A DNA stretch of 64,000 nt, taken from NCBI GenBank assembly GCA_951406725.2, contig OX597827.1, forward strand, positions 64,170,001 to 64,234,000. Direction: 5' to 3'. Position numbers and translations under genes: made by a program. This document shows positions 43,335 to 56,256 of the stretch, in pieces (the first letter of the stretch is position 1; every line of letters begins with the position of its first letter). This DNA comes from Octopus vulgaris. Taxonomy: Eukaryota. The notes beneath the pieces were generated by a model, which was not told the origin of the DNA, did not search any database, and worked only from the letters and a program-made list of their open reading frames with translations.

Positions 43335-44307
43335 GTCATACTCAGCCTGCTCTTCATCATCATCGTCGTCATCGGCATCATAATCGTCGTTATGTAGTTG
43401 TAGTAGTAGTAGTAATAGTCGACGTCGCCGTCGTCGTCATCGTTGTCGCCATCTTCATTCTCATCCTTCTCCTCCATCTCGTTATCAGCACCAACCTCAA
43501 CATCGTCAGAGCTATTAATTATATCACCTCTTTCTTAAAAATTTGCCCTCAAAGTCATTCCATATTTGGATAAAAGGAATTATATTTGTGGAATGGCCGT
43601 ACGGTAGCGCGTGTGTGTGTGTGGATGCGCGGTGGAGGAGAGCATTAACTTTTTCCCGTCTGCAATTTTTTTTTTTTTAAAGATTCTTGGTTCAAGTCTT
43701 CCTTGCTGCACTTTTGTAATTTATCCTCTCCACATCATTTTTCTGTTAATTTTCGTTCTAGAACATGTGTGAAAAGTGAGTTATGGCTTCATGAGAGTAG
43801 ATTCATTAACAAAATCTAATTAAAATATGAGAAACCATCAAATCTCAGTGACATAATGATGATGCTGATACTGATGATAATATCGATGAAGATGAAATTG
43901 TTTTTTATATTGTTATGGTTCTTGATTTTGTTAATGAGTCTCAACCCTGATCGAGAAGATCTATTGTAACCAGTACGTAATTTGAGGGTAGCATTTGGCT
44001 GATGTTTCTAGCAGGTGATGTTTCTTGCAGTAGCAGTTGCTGTTGTTTTTGTTATTGTTGTTGTTGTCAATGAAAGTCTTTAATTGATTTTGTTTCGTAG
44101 TTTAAAAAAATATCATTTCTGGTTTTCTTCTTTTTCATTTTTAATAATCCCGATCATCTGTAATTAAAAAGAAGGAAAAAAAAAAGGGAAAATTACATGA
44201 AAGAAAAAAATATTTATAAGAAAGATAGAGCATGAACATGAAACAGAGGAAATTAATGGAAATAAATTACAATATGAAATAAGATAAAACAAATAAAATA
44301 AATAAAA

Positions 44308-44485
44308 TTATTATTATTATTGTTTTTTTTTAAATCTCAGGCTCTATTGGAACACCTGGCGTCTTGCATACGTAACGGGCTTGCTACCTGCAGCATACGG
44401 CACCATGCTACTAGTTCTTTTCAGCTATCTAATACTTTCCTGCTTATTCTGGCCGTGCCAAGGAGGCAAACCTTTTGTAATATTT
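44308..44485 (-). mobile_element. R4/Dong LINE 3' terminus (third family), inverted relative to its upstream part
   Basis: Minus translation ILQKVCLLGTARISRKVLDS*, followed by a 3' UTR and (TAA)n tail. Confidence 0.8.
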
Positions 44486-45228
44486 ATTTCTTTATTGCCC
44501 ACAGGGGGCTAAACATAGAAGGGACAAACAAGGACAGACAAACGGATTAATTCGATTATATCGACCTCAGTGCGTAACTGGTACTTATTTAATCGACCCC
44601 GAAAGGATGAAAGGTAAAGTCGACCTCGGCGGAATTTGAACTCACAACGTAGCGGCGTGGAATAAGCTGCCGGACGAGATAATGAAGATGCAGACGACCG
44701 CTCGGTTCAAAGTCTCCCTTGACCACAAATGGCTTGAACTCTTTACATGATCACCCCCCTGTACATAACTCCATGTCCCCCTACATGGCCTTGCTTTTTG
44801 CTTTTTGAGCCAAAAAATTAACTAACTAACTAACTATTTCTTTACTACCCACAAGGGGCTAAACACAGAGAGGACAAACAAGGACAGACAAACGGATTAA
44901 GTCGATTATATCGACCTCTGTGCGTAACTGGTCCTATTTAGTCGACCCCGAAAGGATGAAAAGCAAAGTCGACCTCGGCGGAATTTGAACTCAGAACGTA
45001 GCGGCAGACGAAATACCTATTTCTTTATTACCCACAAGGGGCTAAACACAGAGGGGACAAACAAGGACAGACATGGGTATTAAGTCGATTACATCGACCC
45101 CAGTGCGTAACTGGTACTTAATTTATCGACCCCGAAAGGATGAAAGGCAAAGTCGACCTCGGCGGAATTTGAACTCAGAACGTAACGGCAGCCGAAATAC
45201 CGCTAAGCATTTCGCCCGGCGTGCTAAC
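44486..45228 (-). repeat. Array of 3 family A SINE units interrupted by a CR1/L2 fragment
   Basis: Repeated units of the same family as 12679-13495. Confidence 0.8.
44658..44836 (+). mobile_element. CR1/L2-clade LINE 3' end with (TAAC)n tail
   Basis: WNKLPDEIMKMQTTARFKVSLDHKWLELFT* matches the CR1/L2 terminal WNxLP..FKxxLD motif. Short UTR, then taactaactaac. Confidence 0.8.
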
Positions 45229-45539
45229 TCATTTCTACTGCTGAGTGAACCGGAGCAACGTGAAATACAGTGTCTCACTCAAGAACCTCAACGCACAGCC
45301 CGGCACAGAAATAAAACTCTCAACCTTACGATTTGTAAGTCGGACGCATTAACCACCGAACCATGCGCCTCAACTGCAAAGTAGTCCTTGATAAAATGCA
45401 ATACATAAATCCGCTTACTAGATACTGAATGCAAGGTCTCCAAAAGGATTATGTAATTAAGCGGCAGTTGATGAGGGCGTTCTTTGACAACGAGTGGTGA
45501 CGCACTCTGATTAAAGTTGTAACAATAGGATTTAGTAAA

Positions 45540-45933
45540 GACGTAGCAAGAGTGAAATAAATTTGAGGAAGATATGGCAAATTGATTAGAAGAGTTTATT
45601 AGAAAAGGTATCGGGACAGACTGCAGAGAATGGCGGAGTCGGAGATTTGTAAAATTCCTTGGGATTTTCCAATCCAAACACATCGGATCTTAGAACATAA
45701 CAGACCGGACCTAGTGGTGATCGATAAGATGCACCACATTTGCTATATAGTTGATGTTGTGTTCCTCCTTTGACCCACGAATAGTCAAGAAGGAACTGCC
45801 CGGCTATGAAAAATGAAGAAGGTGAAAATATTGCCAATTATTGTTGGTTCCTTGAGTATAGTATCAGAAGACACCAAGAGGAATATAAAGGAGATCGGAA
45901 AATGGTGTTCAGTAGAAATATTGCAAAAGGTTT
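45540..45933 (+). mobile_element. R4/Dong LINE endonuclease-domain fragment
   Basis: ESEICKIPWDFPIQTHRILEHNRPDLVVIDKMHHICYIVDV..MKKVKILPIIVGSL..ILQKV. Confidence 0.8.
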
Positions 45934-46398
45934 AAGGCGGCGAGCTGGCAGAAACGTTAGCACGCCGGGCGAAATTCGTCTGCCGCTACGTTCTGAGTTC
46001 AAATTTCGCCGAGGTCGACTTTGCCTTTCATCCTTTTGGGGTCGATAAATTAAGTACCAGTTACGCACTGGGGTCGATGTAATCGACTTAATCTTCTTGT
46101 CTGTCCTCTCTGTGTTTAGCCTCTTGTGGGTAGTAAAGAAATAGGTATTGTATATCACACAAGGCGGCGAGCTGGCAGAAACGTTAGCACGCCGGGCGAA
46201 ATGCTTAGTGGTATTTCGTCTACCGCTACGTTCTGAGTTCAAATTCCGCCGAGGTCGACTTTGCCTTTCATCCTTTCGAGGTCGATTAAATAAGTACCAG
46301 TTATGCACTGGGGTCGATATAATCGACTTAATCCCTTTGTCTGTCCTTGTTTGTCCTCTCTGTGTTTAGCCCCTTGTTGGGTAGTAAAGAAATAGGTA
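45934..46398 (+). mobile_element. Two adjacent family A SINEs; the second has TSD tattgtatatcacac
   Basis: Direct repeat at ~46146-46160 and ~46397-46411 flanks the second copy. Confidence 0.8.
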
Positions 46399-46959
46399 TT
46401 GTATATCACACTGTATTAGTGCATGACACAAACAGAAATCTCGTTATAAAACACACACACACATACACGCGACGAGGGTTCTTTCAGTGTTCGTCCAGCA
46501 AATCCACTCACAAAACTTTGGGTGACCGACGCTATAGTAGAAGACACTTGCCCAAGATTCCACGCAGTGGGACTGAACCTGGAACCACATGGTTGGAAAG
46601 CAAACTTCTTGCCTCACAACCACGCCTGCGCATATAAAATACTCTATACATTTAAAAGTATATTGTCAACTACTACATTGAAAGTGTGTAATCGATTTTG
46701 CTATATCCTTGGAAGGCTTAATAATCAATCACCTTTAGCCAAAAGCATTAAGAGAGAATTTTCTTTTCATTTCTATTTGAAGTCCGTATTGAATTAAGTG
46801 CAATCAAATAAAGTCACAACAAAGAGAAACACGGGAAAATGTAATCATATTCATTGTGGAGATTTAATTGTGAATATTAAGGAAATAAAATCTAAAACCG
46901 TTTCATGTTCTTTAAATAACTTTATTGATATACGTGTGTGTATGTGCTTTGCTTGCGTG

Positions 46960-47005
<46 letters not shown>

Positions 47006-47189
47006 TGTGTGTATGTGTGTGTGTGTATGTGTGTGTGTGTGTGTGTATCTTAAAGAATAACAAAAAAAAAAACGTGATCCCTGTTATTAATTTACAATTG
47101 TTTCCGCTATCAGCTGCAGTACACTCAGAGCTGAGGATTTATGTAACAGTGCAACATCCACAAGCTTCCTCAGAGCCAGTAACAGCTGT

Positions 47190-48693
47190 AAGGCGGTGAG
47201 CTGGCAGAAACGTTAGCACGCCGGGCGAAATGCTTAGCGGTATTTCGTCTGTCGTTACGTTCTGAGGTCAAATTCTGCCGAGGTCGACTTTGCCTTTCAT
47301 CCTTTCAGGGTCGATAAATTAAGTACCAGTTACGCACTTGGGTCGATGTAATCGACTTAATCCCTTTGTCTGTCCTTGTTTGTTCCCTCTATGTTTAGCC
47401 CCTTGTGGACAATAAAGAAATAAGAAAAGCTAGCATGCCGGGCGAAATGCTTAGCGGTATTTCGTCTGTCATTACGTTCTGAGTTCAAATTCCGCCGAGG
47501 TCGACTTTGCCTTTTATCATTTCAGGGTCGATAAATTAAGTACCAGTTACGCACTGGGGTCGATCTAATCGACATAATCCCATTGTCTGTCCTTGTTTGT
47601 TCCCTCTATGTTTAGCCCCTTGTGAGTAATAAAGAAATAAGAAACGCTAGCACGCCGGGCGAAATGCTTAGCGGTTTTTCGTCTGTCATTACGTTCTGAG
47701 TTCAAATTCCGCCGAGGTCGACTTTGCCTTTTATCATTTCAGGGTCGATAAATTAAGTACCAGTTACGCACTGGGGTCGATCTAATCGACATAATCCCAT
47801 TGTCTGTCCTTGTTTGTTCCCTCTATGTTTAGCCCCTTGTGAGTAATAAAGAAATAGGTATTTCGTCTGTCATTACGTTCTGAGTTCAAATTCCGCCGAG
47901 GTCGACTTTGCCTTTCATCCTTTCGGGGTCGATAAATTAAGTACCAGTTACGCACTGGGGTCGATGTAATCGACTTAATCCCGTTGTCTGTCCTTGTTTG
48001 TTTCCTCTTTGTTTAGTCCCTTATGGGCAATAAAGAAATAAGAAACGTTAGCACGCCGGGCGAAATGCTTAGCGGTATTTCGTCTGCAGTTACGTTCTGA
48101 GTTCAAATTCCGCCTAGGTCGACTTTGCCTTTCATCCTTTCGGGGTCGATAAATTAAGTACCAGTTACGCACTGGGGTCGATGTAATCGACTTAATCCCT
48201 TTGTCTGTCCTTGCTTGTTCCCTCTATGTTTAGCCCCTTGTGGGTAATAAAGAAATAAGAAACGTTAGCACGCCGGGCGAAATGCTTAGCGGTATTTCGT
48301 CTGCAGTTACGTTCTGAGTTCAAATTCCGCCGAGGTCGACTTTGACTTTCATCCTTTCGGAGTCGATAAATTAAGTACCAGTTACGCACTGGGGTCGATG
48401 TAATCGACTTAATCCCGTTGTCTGTCCTTGTTTGTTTCCTCTTTGTTTAGTCCCTTATGGGCAATAAAGAAATAAGAAACGTTAGCACGCCGGGCGAAAT
48501 GCTTAGCGGTATTTCGTCTGCTGTTACATTCTGAGTTCAAATCCCGCCTAGGTCGACTTTGCCTTTCATCCTTTCGAGGTCGATAAATTAAGTACCAGTT
48601 ACGCACTGGGGTCGATGTTATCGACTTAATCCGCTTGTCTGCCCTTCTTTGTCCCCTCTTTGTTTAGCCCCCTGTGGGCAATAAAGAAAAAAA
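47190..48693 (+). repeat. Head-to-tail array of 7 family A SINE units (~217 bp; one ~184 bp)
   Basis: The full head is present only on unit 1. Later units restart at agaaacgttagc or ggtatttcg. Ends in an A-tail. Confidence 0.9.
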
Positions 48694-48919
48694 AATATCA
48701 GCTTTAAGTTATTGGAAGTGATTACGTAATTCCTGTTGTTTCATCATTTATTAATGGTGAAACATTAGTAAAGCGATTGTCCTCTCCTGATGCTTTACTT
48801 TAAAGCAATCATCCTCAATCACCTTTTCTCTGTGAATCCCTTTGACCCCTGTTTAGCTTTAATTACCCCGCCATAACCACCATAGTTTTAAAAAATCCCA
48901 TTATATTTCTATAATTAAA

Positions 48920-48950
48920 CTAGTATTAAAACCCGATTTCATTCGGGCCA
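48920..48950 (-). mobile_element. Helitron 3' terminus
   Basis: Minus strand CCCGA-ATGAAA-TCGGG hairpin followed by CTAG|T; the 5' end was not located. Confidence 0.5.
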
Positions 48951-49443
48951 CATTTTTTAGATGAGGAATTTTGTCCTTGAGGCCACGCCTTTCAATTGAG
49001 CAAACTCGAAGTTGCTATACAGACCCCCCCCCCAGCACTTTTAACATAGGTGTGCAAATTTTCAGATCAGTCCAACCACATTTACTAACACTTTTGCCTG
49101 CACAAATGCTTGCAAGACAACGTCCACCCTTTTCACAAATATAGCAGATATTATTAGGAATTGTATTTAAAAAACAAACTGCTGAAATATCTTTATGTAT
49201 TCTAGAAATAAAAGCAAGGTATTGCACATAAATTTTAACAGTCAAATCTTATGTGCCTCCCTACAAGTGCCATGTGAACGCTGGCTGAGAACAATTACTT
49301 TTAAGCATATTGCATTTTAACAACTGGCTATATGTACCGTCATGCTAAAGTGAAATTATATTATATACATACGTACATATATATGTGTGTGTATATATAT
49401 GTGTGTGCGTGTGTATGTATGTATATATATATACATACATACA

Positions 49444-49479
<36 letters not shown>

Positions 49480-49480
49480 T

Positions 49481-49712
49481 AACGGGAAGCTTTAAGAAAA
49501 TAGACAAAAGACGAAGGCAGGTTTACGGAAATAAACAAAAGACGAAGGCAGGTGGAATACAAACAAACAATTGTATTAGTATGGCGCTCAGGAAATATAA
49601 ATAAAACAAGTCTTTAACGTTTCGAGCCTACGCTCTTCAACAGAAAGATACACAGAGAAGAAACACAGAAAGGAGAGAGAAAAAAAATGCGTGCGGAGGC
49701 TAGCGAATCAAC
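49481..49712 (-). mobile_element. Second hammerhead-containing element family in (TA)n, with a partial duplicate at 49845-49937
   Basis: Shares gcgctcaggaaa and the hammerhead architecture with the 4681 family, but the flanks differ. Confidence 0.6.
49611..49648 (-). ncRNA. Minimal type I hammerhead motif (A6U variant)
   Basis: Minus strand reads TCTTT-CTGTTGA-A-GAGC GTAG GCTC-GAAA-CG-TT-AAAGA. Confidence 0.65.
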
Positions 49713-49722
49713 ATATATCTAT

Positions 49723-49801
<79 letters not shown>

Positions 49802-49949
49802 TTTGTACTTGTTTCAGTCATTTGACTGCGGCCATCGGAGCACCGCTTTTCAACAGAAAGATACCACAGAGAAGAAAAACACAGAAAGGAGAGAAAAAAC
49901 CGCGATGCGTGCGGAGGCTAGCGAATCAACATGGCGATCTACATATATC

Positions 49950-50063
<114 letters not shown>

Positions 50064-50305
50064 CATATACATATGTATGTTCTTTTATTCTTTTACTTGT
50101 CGCAGTTATTTGACTGCGGCCATGGTGGAGCACCGCCTTAAAGGACTTTATCTTGACTTATTCGTTGTAAGCCTGGTATTTATTCTATCCGTCTCTTTTG
50201 CCGAACCGCTAAGTTACTGGAACATAAACACGCAAACATCGGTTGTCAGGCGATGGTGGAGGGACAAACACAGATGCAAAGATACACACACAAACATATA
50301 TATAT

Positions 50306-50399
<94 letters not shown>

Positions 50400-50694
50400 G
50401 CGCAATGGCCCAGTGGTTACGGCAGCGGACTCGCGGTTTAGGATCGCGGTTTCGATTCCCAAACAGAGCATTGTGAGTGTTTATTGAGCAAAAACACCTA
50501 AAGTTCCACGAGGCTCTGGCTGGGGGTGGTGGCGATCCCTGCTGTACTCTTTCGCCACAACTTTCTCTCACTTTTTCTTCTGCTGGCCTGCTCGCTTAGC
50601 CAGTGGGGTGGCGTCATTTGTAGGCTAAAACAATGCAAAGCGCATTGTGACCAGCGATGTGTAGCAACATCTGATTGCCTGGTCGATCACGGTG

Positions 50695-50782
<88 letters not shown>

Positions 50783-50942
50783 GGCAGTTACCGCCCACAA
50801 TATATATCCACTCGCAAGTCTTTGGTTGGCCCAAAGCTATAGTAGAAGATACTTGCCCAAGGTGCCAGGTTCTAGGACAGAGCCTGGAACCATGGGGTTG
50901 GGAACCAAGCTTCTTATCATACAGCAACGCCTGCGCTATGTA

Positions 50943-51003
<61 letters not shown>

Positions 51004-51479
51004 TATATGTAAAAATTTCCAGTTTGAGGAAAAGAGAGAGGAGAGTGTGTATGAGAGAGAGAGAGAGAGAGAGAGGGGAGGGGTAATTTAAAACCAGTCA
51101 TTAAAATGGCTACGAAGGCTGAAACAAGTAAAAGAATACAAGTATAAAAGAATGTAAATATAAACTGGCATTCCGTCGGTTGCGACGACGAGTTTTCCAG
51201 CTGATCCAATAAAATGGAACAGCCTTACGTGCAAGTGGCTGAGCACTCCACAAACACACTAAACCCCTAACGTAGTTCTCAGGGAGATTAGGCGTGATAC
51301 AGAGTGTAAACCTTTTGAATTACAGATACGATTCGTTTTTACTAGCAACGTGAAATAAAGTGTCTTGCTCAAGGACACAACGTGCCGCCGGGAATTGAAC
51401 TCACGACCTTATGATCAGGAACAGAGTACCCTAACCACTAAGCCACGCGCCTACACCACTCCACACTCTCTTTTTCTAC

Positions 51480-51544
51480 TCCTCGGTCACACTCCCCCTC
51501 TCTGTTATGCTCTCCCTCCCTCTCGCTCTCTTCTCTCTTCCCCA

Positions 51545-51576
<32 letters not shown>

Positions 51577-52200
51577 TTATCTCTCTCTTTCTCTCTTCCC
51601 CACAGGCCGTCTGTTTCTCTCTCTCTTCTTCTTCTCTCTCCCCTACGGTCTGTCTGTCTCTCTCTGTCTCCCTCTCTTTATTTCTCTCTGTCTGTCTCTC
51701 TCTCTTTTTCTCTTTACGCCCTCTCTTTCTCTCTCTACCCTCTTTCTCTCTCCACTCTCTTTCTCTCTCTACTCTCTTTCTCTCTCTCAATCTCTTACTC
51801 TCTCTTCCTCTCTCTTTATCTCTCTCTCATTCCTTCTCTTTACCTCTCTCTTTCTCTCTTCCCCATGGGTTGTCTGTTTCTCTCTCTATCTCTCTCTATC
51901 ATTCTCTCTTCTCTCTCCCCTACGGTCTGTCTGTCTGTCTTTCTCTTTCTCTCTCTCTTTATATATCTGTCTCTTTCTCTCTTTACTCCCTTTCTTTCTC
52001 TCTCTCTCTCTTTCTCTCTCTCTCTTTATATATATATATATATATCTTTATATATATATATATATCTTTATATATATATATCTTTCTCTCTCTGTCTCTC
52101 TTTCTCTCTCTACTCTCTTTCCCTCTCTCTACTCTCTCTCTCTCTCTCTACTCCCTCTCTCTCTCTCTACTCTCTTTCTCTCTCTTCTTCTCTCTTTCCA
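51480..52200. repeat. ~720-bp degenerate (CT)n polypyrimidine tract
   Basis: Read directly. Confidence 0.9.
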
Positions 52201-53013
52201 AACAGGTTTATAGCTAACATGATGACGTCTTGTTAAAACGCACAAAACAAGGCAACAGGAAACCACTTCCGTATTCTCTCGCGGAATATTCCTTGCCAAA
52301 CGCACAACGCGTGTCAAAGAAGTCATCAGGTGCGTATGTATGCATGCGTGGGGGGTGCGTTGAGGCGGGGAGGAGGAAAGGGGGCGCGGCGGTCTTTCGT
52401 CTATCCGGTTGCGCAAAACGAGGATGTATAACAGATTTGCACTCTCCATTACAATGATTATATTATCGATCGCAACACACCATTGAAGCCTGTACCGAAC
52501 GGTCATGCTGTGTCATGGCCACAGTCCAATGACTACAACCAATGTAACATGAAGAAATGAATAAATAAAAGGATATTAATATTATTATTTTTAACAAAAG
52601 GTTCGAGGAAAGAAAATAATAGTAAGTAAATAAATAAAGAAAGAAAGAAAGAAGAGAGAAAAAGAAAATAACAAAAAGAAAACAATGGAAATTGCTACAT
52701 TTTGCAGCTTCTCTAGAAATTACAAGACTTCATGTAAGCTGCCAATGCAATAATAAACTATATTAGTAAATCTGTCAGTTTGTGTGCGTGTATTTGCGTG
52801 TATGTGAGGTTGAGGGTGTATGCGTGTTTATATAGAAATACATAACTGTGTACATGTATTTATACGCATATTTGTGTATATTATGTGTGCATGTTTGTGT
52901 GCATGTATATATATATATATATATCTAATGTATTATGTAAGTATATATGTTTATATATGTGTGTGTATACATATATATGCATATTTATATGTATATGTAT
53001 GTATATATGCATG

Positions 53014-53047
<34 letters not shown>

Positions 53048-53615
53048 TGTATGTGCATGTATGTATATGGAAGTGACTAACAGTGCACCATTCTGGTTGA
53101 TGTTCGGTACAAGCTATTAAATGCCTGGCATTCACTTCACATATCGTCATCATAGTCATCATCATCATCATCATCTTCATCATCACCATCACCATCACCA
53201 CCACCACCACCACCACTACAACCACCACCACCATTATATACTGCACCTGCTTTTTTTCTTCGTTACCACCGAGACTGACTTTGTCTATTCGGTGATGGTG
53301 ATGTGATGGTGATGATGGTTGTGGTGGCTCTCCAATATTGGTGGGTGGTGGTCTTTATCTTTCTGTCTGGCTTTCTAGAACTCTATGTCCATCTCTCTCT
53401 TTATCCCCTTACCCACCCACCCCTCTCTCTCCTTGTCTTTTTCACTTTTCATGTACACACACATACACGCATATGCATACATGCTAGAGAGAAAGAGAGG
53501 GAGAGGGGAGAGGGAGAAGTAAGAAAGAGATAGAAAAGAAAGATAAATTCATATATGCCTACGTTCACATATACTGACATTTTGCCACACCTACAAATAC
53601 ATATATATATATACG

Positions 53616-53692
<77 letters not shown>

Positions 53693-53805
53693 TTGTGCGT
53701 GTGCATGTATGTAAGCATGTGTATATGGAAAGATGGAGGAATCAATGTAATGTACGAATATGGATTCATAAACACACACACACACACTCACAAATACACG
53801 CACGG

Positions 53806-53839
<34 letters not shown>

Positions 53840-54085
53840 ATGCGTATATATATAGATACAATTATACACAGGCGCGTACATGTATATATGCATACACACA
53901 CACACACACGCACGCACGCACGCACACACACACAAACAAACACACATATATATGCATATGTATATATATACAGATATATTATATACAGGCGCGTACATAT
54001 ATACATCCATGCATACATACACACATACATATATATATATACACACACACATACAGGAACATAATTACAGGTATACACTTACACA

Positions 54086-54129
<44 letters not shown>

Positions 54130-54613
54130 TATCATTGCAACAGAGCTATTAGCTGCCGATTGATTTTGAAAAGGTTAACATATTGACAAGAGCGACATAG
54201 GATTTCTTTTAAGGTATCGCTTGTATTCCATAACTTTTAATAATGGTGCTGCCAGTTTGATAACCAAACTAACATTCAACATGCTGTCTACTTAAGTCTG
54301 CCATTCTCAAACTAATATAAATTTTGAAGATTTTCTCTCCATCTCATCGTCTTCCAGGTCGCTCGAGCTGCTGAAAATATCAAGGAAATCTCCATTCTAC
54401 GATCTATCGTGTTAGTGGGGTGATATTTTAGGAAATACTGTCTAGAATAGATTTGTGTGTTGTGTGGTAAGAAGATTGCTTTTCAACCGTGTCGTTCCGA
54501 GTTCTGTCCCACGGCATGGTACCTTCGGCAAGTGTCTAGGTGCCTTTTGCACTAACGTCAGACCAACCAAAATGTTGAGAGTTAATTCGGTTGAAATTAA
54601 AAGAAGCTTGTCT

Positions 54614-54676
<63 letters not shown>

Positions 54677-54853
54677 TAATATTGAGGGGTCAGCAAAAGA
54701 AATGCATCACCACATACCGAAGTTCAGAAATAGCAGCCAAAATCTAAGCCATTTCTTCCACTTAAAAAAAGGGTCTACAAGAGAAACCATAATACTTGAA
54801 TCTTATTCATCCAGGCAGAGGGTAACGTAACGAAAACCAATCAATATCCGATT

Positions 54854-54943
54854 ATCCATAGACGCGCGTTTCGGAATCAGGATTCAAGTAAAGAATATCC
54901 AAAAATATTAACTTTACTAACCACATTCCTCTTCAGTATGGAT
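54854..54943 (-). ncRNA. Type I hammerhead ribozyme with intact core and extended stem II
   Basis: Minus strand reads ATCCATA-CTGAAGA-GGAAT..(AGTAAAG/CTTTACT inner helix)..ATTCC-GAAA-CGCGCG-TC-TATGGAT: 7-bp stem I and a GUC cleavage triplet. Confidence 0.85.
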
Positions 54944-55134
54944 TTTCTGCAATAATCCGAAGGTACTAAAATTAGAATAACCCCTTCAATGTAACGGTCG
55001 CTAATGCCAGTACCGCCAGATTCAAAACAAGAATGAAAGTCGCTTAGCCTCCTCTGCCTTTCCACGTGTGTCTTCAAGTAAATGCTACAGAAAAATCAGT
55101 GCAGGTTCTCAGGGAGAAAATTATTGATAATATA

Positions 55135-55206
<72 letters not shown>

Positions 55207-55335
55207 GGGCATTACTATACATAAATGCTTTACGGTAAGAGTGACTCTTAAAGTAAAAACTACCATAATAAACACATTGTACCGAACGCGAGGGAATGCA
55301 ACTCTCGAAGCGAGCCTTTTAAAAACAGATTCAGC

Positions 55336-55393
55336 CGCAGATCATATGATTTCATAATTAGTGCACAAAATGCACTTTTTAATCGTCAGTGCA
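55336..55393 (-). ncRNA. Type I hammerhead ribozyme motif with intact core
   Basis: Minus strand reads TGCA-CTGACGA-TTAAAA AGTGCA TTTTG TGCACT AATTAT-GAAA-TCATATGA-TC-TGCG, with a palindromic stem III. Confidence 0.65.
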
Positions 55394-55873
55394 TACATAA
55401 TCAAGACACATAAAAATGAACAAAAAAGTCAACATACCAGACGAACACCAAATGTATCCATCATAGTACATAGAATTGTTCTCACTTACATATCTATGTA
55501 AGAGGCGGGATTTTCGAATTGCATCTCGGTACACGTGTTTATTCAGAATAAAATTCAGCACTGAATATATTCCGGTTAAATTTACAATTTAGAAATAGGA
55601 TAACTTCTTTATAAGAAATTATCAAGTAGTTAGCGTGAAAAACCTCATAAGGGAAAACTTTATTAGCTATTCCCTTTAAATAAATACGTTGTTCGCAAAA
55701 TAAGTTCGTATTCCATGTTTTCGCTTTTCATGTTGTTTACGTTCCGTGGTGTCCTCAGCACATATATGCGTGTATATACAAATATATATATGTACATATA
55801 TATGTGTATGTATGCATGTATATTTTTATATTACTTATATAAATATATATATATACACACACACACATACATG

Positions 55874-55968
<95 letters not shown>

Positions 55969-56200
55969 GCGCCCTTTTAAAGCTTAGCCAGGCTCATGGG
56001 CCCGGTTTCCCGGTTTCTATGGCGGATAAGCTCCCTAGCTGGACGGGACGCCAGTCCATCGCAGTGTTACTCCTTTTTGCCAGCTGAGTGGACTGGAGCA
56101 ACGTGAAATGAGGTGTTTTGCTCAAGAACACAACGCGTCACCCGGTCAAGAAATTGAAACCACAATCTTACGATCATGATGCTGACACCCTAACCACTAA

Positions 56201-56256
<56 letters not shown>

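Noticed and set aside
47190-48693. CRISPR-like regular repeat array and repeated 65-aa ORFs
   Set aside because: Units are whole ~217-bp SINE copies without unique spacers, there are no cas genes, and the context is eukaryotic.
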